Source of the DNA: Lepidodermella squamata
Taxonomy: Eukaryota > Animalia > Gastrotricha
Direction of reading: 5' to 3'
Assembly (NCBI GenBank): GCA_047495785.1
Contig: JBLDXI010000013.1
Span: 806,001 to 870,000 of the forward strand
Length of the DNA stretch: 64,000 bases
Position numbers and translations under genes: made by a program. Below the pieces are notes generated by a model, which was not told the DNA's origin, ran no database searches, and saw only the letters and a list, made by a program, of their open reading frames with translations. Positions 24,501 to 35,290 of this stretch are shown in pieces. Position 1 is the first letter of the stretch, and every line of letters starts with the position of its first letter.

Positions 24501-27500
24501 AGCCGAGGTCGTTGGTTGAGTTACTCGACCGGATCGTCTTCATTAATTCAGACGCTAAGGTGTCATCTCTGTTCAACTACGAGCAGTCGGCAGCAGTTGG
24601 GCTTCGGCTACTCAGCAGCATGTGCGCTAATCTTAACAGCTTTGTTTTGCTCGAGAATCGATTTTCAGTGGTTGATATGCTGCTGAAGGGGCAGCGGGAG
24701 TCTTCGCTGCCTGACAATGGTGAATTCATCATTGACGAATTGACCGTTCTCCGCAATAGAATCTTGGTCTGGATAGCAGCATTGGGCGGCCCGACTGAGA
24801 AAATCCTACCGCCTTATGAATTGACAGCTCCCGAAGATTTTTCGGTCAACACCAGAAAGCGAAAGTACCCGCTTTTCGGGCAATTGCCGTTTCCTAATGA
24901 GTATCTTACCAGCCCGAGGCCGAATACGAGTCGAGGTCAGCCTGATCGAAATTTATTGGCGTTATCGAATAATACAGTTGGCTTGGACGTGGAAACGGCT
25001 GCCCACGTTCGAGAGTCCCTGCTTTCATGGCTAGGAAAGCGGCCGAATTTATTGGAGCAAAATAACCTGAAGACACTCCAATTCTCACTGATGGCACTGG
25101 CCCGGTCTCGAAATAATAACTTTCAAATACCGATTCCAAGCGCGAAGGAGAATAATAACTCCAGGCGAGGCGAAGTTGAGGATGACAAAACTTGGGTCAT
25201 TGAAATGGTCGTAGAATACGGCACTCGTCTCGGCGTGTTGGAACAGTCGAGTGAGCATGTTGCGAATTTGGCCACTTTGCTGAAAAACTGTGATCAATTG
25301 CTGGACGGAGATCAGGCGCAGGGCAGACCGCCCAGTCATTTGACGGACAGCTTCGATTGGTTTGTCGCTGTTATTTTTCTGCTGTTCGCCGGCGATACTG
25401 CTGCAGCTTGGTCGTTCCTCAAAGCTTTCGCGGGACTCACTGTGTCCCTTTTTCTTTGGCCGAAACGAGCGGTCAATTACGTAAGTTGAATAACTTTTAC
25501 TGGATGTTGCGGGTATTGCGGAGAATTGGAATTACTAATATTTACAATTCTAAATTAGTAAGAATCGTAATTTAACTGGTTGGGAGGAGTAATTTATCCT
25601 TCTCTAGTTGCGAATTCTTTTATGCAAATTTTCATCTTTTTCGATCCAAAGTTGAGAATATCGAAACGTCAAACTTGATTTTCCTTACTTTCCCAGGAAA
25701 TTGAAGTTAATACACGGCCCACAAAATCTTGACAACTAAAGGAGCCTAACTAAGGTCTATTCTTACTCGATTAGGACGAAATTCGAACGTTCGGATTAAG
25801 AGAATATGTCCTTGATTGATCATTCCTTTGTACCTAAAGCAGCCCGGGCCACATGAAAATTATTTTTGGAGAATCGTTCATTTTACATGCCTTCGAACCG
25901 ACTTGGCCCCTCAACCTTGGGTACTATGTATTGGAACAAAGGCGGTAAACATTATCTGTAGCTAAGAAATTCACTCAAACTCAATCATATGGACTGATTA
26001 TGGAATTAAATGTTGAGTGCATTCAAACATTTTCCAATCCTCCGCAAGTGGAATCCTTTTTAGATACGAACATCCTAGGACGTGTGGGGTACGATAGTAG
26101 CATTCTAGAGTTGAAAAAATTGCTGAAATCCAAAATGTACACAAAAACCGATCTAGGGTATAGTGAAAGATAAGAACGAAAATCTTTTTTATTGTCCTTA
26201 TCCGACATGTACAGTTAATAAATTTAAAAGCAAAATAAAACCAACAACAACAAACAGACATGACAAATAAGGCGCCGGCACAACAGGGACACGCGCTTGT
26301 CTTGGACAGTGCACGGACTACACTATTGGGGAGGCAGATGAGCGAAATTATCGGCTGCGTAAGGTTTAACGGTCAGGGAGAAGGTGAAGGATAAGAGGAA
26401 TGCTAATGGCAGATGAGGTGAGAAGACAGAAAGAAACTTGAAGCACGGCGGAACAGGAGACCGCAGACAGGAATTATAAGCGGATATAACATAAACAGAT
26501 AGAAAAAAGAAACGGAAAGAAAAGAGGGTAACATAAGGACTGTAGCGGAGAGAAGGAGGAGAGGGAGATTAAGTCACGAAGACACAGGGAGCGGGCCCGA
26601 CGACAGGCGGTCATGGAGGACAACGACTGGCGGCTTCATCGTCGTCGGCGGACGTAAGCGGACGCTTTCGATTTGCTCGCGAAGTGGCAGGACATCTGCA
26701 AGCATTCTCTGCGTAGCGGGCTTGAACCTGGCAGAAAAACTCTGAAAGGCTAGGCAGGCGACAGCGCCGCTCGAGTTCGGTGATACGAACACGGTCAGCG
26801 AGGCGTACGTTAAGCATGGCGCGCAGGCACTTATTCTGGAGGACGTCGAGGCGGCGCAACTGTTGCTTGGCAGCGGACGAAAAGGCAACACAGCCGAAGG
26901 AAGCGATCGAGCGGACGAGGGCGAGGTAGCTGGCACGACGCCAGCGGAAGGAGAGTCCAGGGCGCCGAACGATTGTGTGGTACCAAGAAAGATTTTGCCC
27001 GCAGCGGCTCAGAGTACGGTCCATGTGGGGCTTCCACGAGAGCTTGGCGTCAAAGTGAATGCCTAAGACGCGCAACACTTCGACCTGAGGGATAGCAGAG
27101 CCATTGAGCGACAAATGCAGGACTGGTGGCTGGCGCCTGAAAGCGAGCGCTTCACTTTTAGAGGCGTTGAACTGTTGGCGCCAAAGCCGGGCCCACGAAG
27201 ACACTCGGTCGATTTCCGCCTGTACTCGGGACTCAGCCTCCACAAAGGACACACCGGTACCGAGGACGGTCAAATCGTCAGCGTAGGCGTCAAGGACGCT
27301 ACCAGGAGCGCCAGAGGCACCCAGGAGATCCGCGGTGAATAAGATGTAGAGCAGAGGCGACAGCGGTGAGCCCTGTGGCACTCCGCAATTAACCACAACG
27401 GAGCGACTAAGGAAACCGGCCACGCGGGCCTGCAGTTTGCGGTCGCGCAGAAAGTCTGTGAGCCAGCCGATGAGGTTCCGCGGGAGAGGAAGTCCGCAGA

Positions 27501-29604
27501 GGCGGTGGACGAGGCCGGCGTGCCATACGGAGTCGTAAGCCGCCTTCACATCAAGACCCACAACGACCAACTTGAGCTTGTCAGCACGGCACTGATACGC
27601 CCGATGAGCGATTTGGACGGGAATGTCGACAGCGGAGTGGTGCTCGCGGAACCCATACTGATTGTCAGGCAGAAGGTGTCTATCCTCTAAGAAACGACTC
27701 ATCCAGCGCGCAACGATCGCCTCCAATATCTTACCATCAGAAGGCAATAGCGAAATCGGGCGTTGAGAGCTAACGGCGTCAGACGGCTTACCCGGCTTGG
27801 GAATTGGCTACCGAGACACATATTGTAGAGGCGCCGAAGGTGAGCCTGCAACGGAACGCCACCCCACTTGTAATAGACATTACCCACGCCATCGATCCCT
27901 GGAGCCTTAAACGGATGCAGACGGTCGATCTCTTGAGCAAGCATGCGTTGGCTGACACTGAAGTCGTCAGGGCCTGGCAGATGAATCGTAGCCTTGCTTT
28001 GAAGGTCAGGATCGGTGGCCATCAGGGTCTCAAGCTCGAGCCAACGCTTGCGCAGGGCGTCGTCGGCGGCCGGGTCGCAGTAGGGCGACATCGGCGAAGT
28101 GAAGTGGGTAAGTAACTCGTCAGCAAGCGAAGCGGACGGTGCCAGAACAGTTCCATCGTCCAGTTTCATGTGCCCACTGGAGCGCCGCGGCTGATGTCGG
28201 TCGAGCCGCCGGAGCCGGACCCACGCCTCGCGATACGGAAGTTGTCCTGAAAGAGCCTCAACCATACGCAGATTTGCAACGTCGCGGCGGAACTCGTGCT
28301 GTTGCTTAACTTCTCAAAACTCGCCGTCCAGTCGCTTGATCTCTACTGCCAACTGGGGATCACAATGAGGGCCAATCGCGCGCTCAAGAACACGCTTCTG
28401 CTTCAGGATCAAGCGCATATCGGCAGACATGGAAATCTTCTTTAGTTCACTGCGGTCACATAGGGGTACATGAAGGCGACGCGCCTCGACGATAGCGGCG
28501 ATAGCGTCGAGCTTGACTCACTGGGTTCAATTTCAGCTTTCGGAAACAGGAATTTGCGGTAACAAATGCATCAGCTTTTTAATGGGAAATTGGAACAGCA
28601 AATGCATATGCGAGCCCCCAAGTGTCCGTGCCCGCTCCGCAGTGAGAGCAGTTAAAACAACCTTGTGCCCTTTGCCAAGCGCGTATAGTTGAACCAACTG
28701 GGCGATGAAACAGTGTCAACTTCTGTCTTTGAAGCCACTGAAAGGCCATCGAATTTCACCAAACCAGAGTTGTTGAACGCAACTCTTAAATCAGGCGATG
28801 TGAAAAGGCGATCGCTCAGTTGCGATCGCGCCAAACGAAAAAATAACGTGACAGAGGAAATTTGTACGATGAAACGGTAGTATATTTGATAACACCGCGA
28901 CAGTGATCTTCTTTTCAGTAGGATAGAGAATAAGAGCATTGATTTCTGGATCAAGACCCGACGTTAGACTTAGGAAGATTTCCGTCAGCACTTTTTTCGC
29001 GGCTCTCGACGATAAGAATCTGCCTTTGCCAAGTTAGGAAAATTTTCGCGATTCGCTTGAAAATTCGGAAATTCGCCGAACCCCAATTTTCCCATGTTAG
29101 CGAGAGAATTATTTTCAAAAAAATAAAAACTCGATTTTTCGTATTTGTTTCTATTAGTCTGGCTTTACGGATTCGTTTCTCGACTCGGGTCTAACAATAT
29201 TATTCGCTCACACTTACCACTACGTGCAATGGATTCTGCAAGAACAGTTACCTCTCGTGTCATCCGCCCTCACCATGTCCGGCTTCTCGTGCTCGCAGCT
29301 GTGCGACCAGTGGCTGTGCCAGTCGTTCTTCAACTACCTTGACCTGCCCGAAGCCTTCGAATTCATCGCGCTGTGCCTGGCTGCCGGGCCTGACTACGTC
29401 GCCTACGCCAGTGTTGCGCTGTTCGACCACCTGCGAATACCTATTGCGAAGGCGCATCACAACCAGGAGGTTCACGTCGGCATCAAGGAACAACCGATTG
29501 GCGGCAATTTTTCTTTCTGTGAACGGCTCGATTTTATGCAAGATTTAGAACGCAAATATCGCAAATCAATGTTTTCCGATTTAGCGTCCTTTTTCAACAA
29601 ATAA
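21512..29604 (+). CDS. TBC1D32: Protein broad-minded (BROMI)/TBC1D32, ciliary protein
   Basis: Exons 21512-21672, 21729-21887, 21952-22150, 22205-22383, 22436-22569, 22623-22726, 22778-25480, 29158-29604. Recognisable blocks: EDMLIHMEESD, YWVRFSQERFLEEIVDATL, DNLLGFASTPGG, SKYEKYGYG, DWFVAVIFL, SGFSCSQLCDQWLCQSFFNYLD, GPDYVAY. Confidence 0.88.
26185..28515 (-). mobile_element. Degenerate 5'-truncated non-LTR retrotransposon (LINE RT domain) in the last TBC1D32 intron, antisense
   Basis: RT motifs: KAPGIDG, PIPKPGKP...RPISLLP, NQYGFRE, LDVKAAYDSVWH, GVPQGSPLSPLLY, YADD, LGIHFD. A deletion/frameshift lies near 27810 and no endonuclease domain is seen. The GC-rich body is followed by a pyrimidine-rich 3' UTR ending in AATAAAAAA (minus strand) at ~26185. 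Boundaries are approximate and no TSD was found. Confidence 0.9.
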
Positions 29605-29810
29605 TCATCATGATGGCTGTGTTATTTATACGCACGATTTTTTATACTCACTCTTGCTTTTTTTTTAATTTTCAGTTATTTGAATAAAAAGAAGTGTTCT
29701 TGGCATGACAAATATTGTTTTATTTTGAATGAGGTCATTTTCAGTGGCAGAATAAACATGATATATTAAACAATACGTATCGACGGCCGATTTGCTTCAA
29801 TGCAGGCAGG

Positions 29811-32800
29811 TCAAATTTCGTAGAGCCGGGTTAAAATTGGAATCAGAGCCGGATTCAGCGCCGAGTTGAAGTATCTGGAAAATAAAGGGACGAATCGATA
29901 TTAGATTCGCTAATCGGAAAATTAAATTACCCAAGCCATAACAACAGCCGAATAGCCTTGTGTGAAGATTCGATTTTGAAGAAAAGACCGATGGCATACA
30001 TAAGAAAGAAGGGACCCCAGCATACGCCCAGAACTATAGCCGTACTATAGATGTAGTGCTCATTAACCTGAAAAAGTAACATTCGATGAATCATTCTACT
30101 TTTCTAGGACGTGACAAAAAAGTAAACTAACATTGCATTGCCGCCAATACACATCGAGAGGTAGTTGGTCATCATTAGGATTCAAGGAATTGCTGACGAA
30201 AGCGCGTAGTCGTCTGAAAAACATCATTTTGTGCCCGGTGTCGTCGTCTAAGCCGACGTTTCGCGGCCGCACCGGCGAGGGCTGCCTAGTGAAACGTGTT
30301 TTGTCGATCTCGCCCATATCTAAGAAGACGTCCGTTTCCGAAGCAGCTTCATTAGCATTGCTCGTCGACATGTACGTTGGAGTTATCGGTGAATGAAGCA
30401 TGGAAACCTCCATAGTGTCATCTAAAAACATATTGGAGCCCTCTGTTCAGTATTCATTCATTGAGTCTAATCTTACCAGTGAGTAATTTAGAAGTAGTAA
30501 TGATCACTCTTTCAGGGGATACTTTTCTTGTCCTGGGCGTAAGCGTCGAAAAGCTGCCACTAACGCTGACACCGATACGAGCCGGGTCGGGCGATAGCAA
30601 CTCTACCGTGGAATTTTTGCGAAATAAACTCGATGAAACACTGCGACTACTACGCATTGTCGACGGCGTCACCGGTTGTAGAAGATTAGCATCGTTGGTT
30701 GTAGTTCCATGAGTTGGCAACAGACCGTTCGGAAGTAACGCATCCGATTTTGCACGATGAAAGCCCGAAGCTGGCGAATTTTCTACGTTGAACCTTACTT
30801 TACGCGATTTGTTGACTAGATCAGCAAAATTCGCGTCCTCATAGTTCAGCAACACACTCGAGTCGGCCCCACTTATGTAAGCTACCTGCCTACTATCATT
30901 GGAACCCACGGTCAATTTTAGCCGGTCGAACGCTTTTTCGATCGAATTCGGCGACATGGGTGACTTGGCGTCTTGGTTGCTTGCCGCATCGCCGGGCTTC
31001 GGCGAAGAAGGACCCGGTTTGCGAAGGGTCGGCGGGGACGAGTCGGCAGCGTGACGAATTGCCGAACTCGATGGGCCACTTTCACGGGCTGAATAGTGCC
31101 GCGCACAGAGGCTAACAGGTCCTTTGCGACCTTGACGCGGCGGCTTGTTCACGAAAGAGGTTGTCGGCGCTCTGTGGTCCGGCATTCGATCCACATTGGA
31201 ACCCTCAGTTAATTCGAACCCCACCGGTAGCATGCTTGAAAGTGAAATCAGAGAAACAGGCCGGGGTGTTTTGCGATGAGTAGACCCAGGTTCCTCTGCT
31301 TTGGCGGGCGTGTCCCCAGGTTCCTTTGCCTCAGGTCCAGCAGCGATGCCTTTTTCCGTGTCATCACTTTTATTGCTTATTTGCTCGCTGGCTGGCGATT
31401 TTGACGACTCGGCATTGGAACTAGAACGGCGGCGTCTGATCGATAGGCGTATTCTGCGTGCTGGATTAAGCGTCTCGAAGAAATTTTTGGCCAACAGCAC
31501 AGGCGAAGCAAAAACCGTCGCTTTTCGGTTAATCTTCGCTAAATCCCGTCTGAATCGGTACGACCTAGAAAAACATCGAGAACTCAATTGAAAATTTCAC
31601 TTATTCACGAATTTAAATACCGAAATGAAAGCGTTAACAGTGTGATCATAGGTACCCAGAATGAAGCAAGAGTTGAGTAAAATGCGTAGATTGCATTGTC
31701 AGCTAAATTGCAATCAAATAGAACCGGTGAGCCGATGCCGAACGCGAGTAGGCCTAATATTCGAAACATCTGCTTTATTCGTGATCGCCGCTTTTTTCCA
31801 ACATAAGTTGTCGGTGAGGTTACACACCAGTATCTGAACAAAAAGTTCCAGTTTTTGAGATTTTTTCTTCGTTTTTTTTCAATTTTTTTACTTGTCCAGG
31901 CAGCTGATGTACTGATTCCAAATAGCCGCTGTGCATAGAGCTACATCGAAAGCGTACCATATCCGGCACAGTGGGGTATTAAATAGCCAATCACCTATTA
32001 TTCGTGAAAAAAAGAAAAACGGACGTTACTAGAGGAATGGTATAAGGGGCATCTATAATTAAAGATAATGTGCGCAGCTAAAAATGAACATTAAAATCTT
32101 GAAAAAATAATAAAGCTATTTAGCCAACTGCCAAATCGAAATTCTATACTGCGCATCGCGGAAGAGATGAAACCGGAAAAGCTTCACCGCCGACGCTTTT
32201 TGCCTGTAATCGAAGCGGAGACTACCTGCTGCTTCCTGTGAACTAGACTCTAGGTTTTACGAACCCTAGGTGCAACGCAACATAAAATAAAATAGCCTAA
32301 TTTATAGCTTTGAAATTAAAAAGCCGTCGACTTATTTTTATCCCTCTCTTTAACACGTGATTCATCTTCGATTTCATCGACCGAATTAACATTTTGAAGT
32401 TGAAAAATTGTTTCAAATAACTCACCGGCCATGTGAGAATCTAGCAGCACATGAATCGGCATGATCAACACTCCGAGTAAAAAATCGATAACTGTTTGCG
32501 TAACATGAAACAGCTGATGAGTTCTATGGCTGATTGATGACCTAAAAACAGACAAGTGCGTAACACGTGTAATAAAGACAATAATTAAGACTAACGAGGA
32601 AATAATATCACGGCGGATGTCTAACAACACGATGCTGTTGGCGAGGATGCAAAAAATGCACGTCGCCGTACCGAAAGTGACTACGCCGAAGCCGAGCATG
32701 CCCATAACAGGCTGTTCTTCTTCGCCCATGAGATTGATGCTATTGATGCTGAGCAGAGGTGTAGTTGTTGAGCGAGTCAGGCCGCTGCTGGCAAATGTTG

Positions 32801-32966
32801 CATTGCCTTGGATGTCGCTGTCGCCAGCAAAGTATTGCACTTGGTTGCCGTCATCGACCAAATCGTGCACGGATTGTATCACATCATCTTCTTCGCTGGC
32901 CAAGATTAGCGACGGCGGAAACTGTGAATTATTTGAAAAATTGACGTTAGCTTCATATCGAGACAT
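29811..32966 (-). CDS. Class A GPCR, biogenic-amine-receptor-like, atypical, with a ~470-aa third intracellular loop
   Basis: Exons 32966-32596, 32541-32426, 31994-31892, 31833-31621, 31564-30477, 30442-30132, 30067-29931, 29874-29811. Seven TM segments: ILANSIV; IDFLLGVLIMP; CRIWYAFDVALCTAAIW..LDKYW; GIGSPVLF; FYSTLASFWVP; CWGPFF; WLGYFNSALNP. Confidence 0.88.
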
Positions 32967-34785
32967 AGATAATTATGGCCCAAGGTTAAATTTTCGGGCC
33001 TTATTGACACAATGTGAAAAAAACGAAGCAAAAGAAAGCATAGGAACACACGCTTTTTTAAACTGATTCTCGGAGGCCAATTCAAGTGCTGCAATTTTTT
33101 GTGCCTCATATTGCCGATGAGGTGTAAAAGAAGAGAATCTTATTATACACAGTGAGTGAACTCACCTGCCGCTCGGCCATTTGTCCGCGCCGGCGATGCG
33201 CCGCTGGATTAGAGAGCAGTAACTTTTACGGCGACTGCTCGCCTGCTCGGTTGCGTTCCCAACGGCACAAAATTTTCAGCGGCAGTAGAATTATCGGCTT
33301 ATTTTTAGGTGAGCAAAAAAACGCTACGGCGACTGCAGAGCGCATCAACGCCGCGCCACTGTGTTTTTTGCCGCCAAAGCACCGCCGCCTTGACCGTCGT
33401 ACATTTAATTATTTTTCCTTATAATATGTTATGCGCTTTTTCTACTACTGGAGGCAACGAATAAGGTATATAAGGTGTGTCTATTAGAGCTATTAGCGAG
33501 CTCTTGGCTGGATGAACGTGGATAAAGAAGACCGGAAGTGTGAAGAAAAGCGTAATAAACAATATGAACTTGGACGCGGCAAGGTTGAATAATTTTTTAA
33601 TAATAATAATTCGCAACTGCTGTGTTTGAAGTTGTAGTGCATGCTTGTTTCAAATCGAATAAGTAACGCATAGTATATGACATTGAGATGCGATAAGTCA
33701 GTAGAGCAGCATCAGGCATAAAATCATCGCGAGCAGCGCGACGGGCAGTCGGAAGGACGCTGAAGACGATGAGTTAAAAAAAACATGAGCACACGGCAGC
33801 GGAGGAAAAATAATGCCTTCAACAATGTGCAATCATCGCACGGCTTTGCCTCCACTTTGTCGGCAATATACGAGGAAGAGATTTCTCCTTCCTCTTCCTC
33901 ATTGTGTATAGCGCGCGCGCGCCTTTCAAGCCGTGCATTAAAAAATATGAATAAATTACTAATAAAAAACTTGAACGACTTCTTGTGCTCTGCTACCCTT
34001 TTCTGAGATGAGTCGCGCCAGCGTTATTCTATCTTACACAAGTATAACACAATCGATGGCGGCGATGTGTCCTTTTTATTAGAACGAAACATTATTTGTT
34101 TATATACTTTTATAATCGGTGTTCTTGGTTTTTTTAAGCCAAAGTTTCCCCGTATTGCTATAGAGCCGCCGTGTGGGCCATAAAAAGTAATAGCTATTCG
34201 GTCTGCTGCTATTTGACGATGTGATAAAGATGATAATAGCTAAAAAAAATCAAACCAAAGCGCTTCCTTTTCCTATATTCGGAACTATACACTGCTCATC
34301 AGGAGATAATTACTGGGCTAAAATGTTTCCAAAAACAGACTTTGCGGAAGTTTTCAGTAGACAGAATGAAAATCGCTAAAAGCAATTTAGAAAAAAATGT
34401 TAATTACCTAGTTAATTCATAATCCTCAGCCCCGAAAAAGCTGGTCCGCCGCTGGGTTCGTATATATATTTATATATATGCACTTCGGTTAAAAAAACGT
34501 AATAAAAAGCCACTCTTTGACTTCTTCGCCACTCTTTTACGCTCTTCTCGGGCTTCGGTCGCTTCCTGTAGATTATTTTTCTCTAACTTCCGAGCTATGT
34601 TCACTGGTTATAAATAACGCTAAAATATTATTCGCGCAACTGCACATTCCTTATTCGGAGTTTGCGGGTGATTGAACAGGTGACTCAAGTGGTTTGCGTA
34701 AATCAATTTTTTGCCAGGTGAGAGGTGAGCATTATACTGCATAATAACGAAAAAATGAATTTTGAATAGTTATGCTGCTTAAATA

Positions 34786-35290
34786 CAGTAGTTTTGAGTT
34801 AAGCCGGACTCGATCCGCGCCAGAAGATTTAGTCCGGCTTAATGCAAGTCCGCTTTATTGTAAGCCTGACTGGTCCGGTTTATAAAAAAAACAGTGCATT
34901 TCTTTACAAATTATTCAAGAATATAAGCGCTATTAAGTAATGAGCTATTTAGGTGTGTAAAAAGTTCGATTATCGCGATGGAATTAAGGTTTTGCCAATA
35001 TATCGACAAATTATTTTTCAATACTGCGATCATTTTTTCTATCAAAGCCACTCAAAAACAGCGTGAAGAGGGTGTTTCTGCGCCCTAGATGAAAATTATC
35101 CTGTAAGCCGGACTTTTTTAAGTAAAATTCACTAAAAATCAGTCCGTTATAACGCAAGTCCGGCTTATGACAGTCCGGCTTATTGCAACCATTTGCATGT
35201 AAAACGCTAGTCCGCGGCACGAGCCAAGCAAAATGGTCCGGCTAAGCGCAAGTCCGGCTTATGATCGTCCGGCTTAACGCAAAACTACTG
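34786..35290. mobile_element. Tc1/mariner-pogo-type MITE (505 bp) with a TA TSD
   Basis: 24-bp TIR CAGTAGTTTTG(A/C)GTTAAGCCGGAC with 1 mismatch. TA lies at 34784-34785 and 35291-35292. There are many subterminal copies of (A)GTCCGGCTTA in both orientations. Confidence 0.9.
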
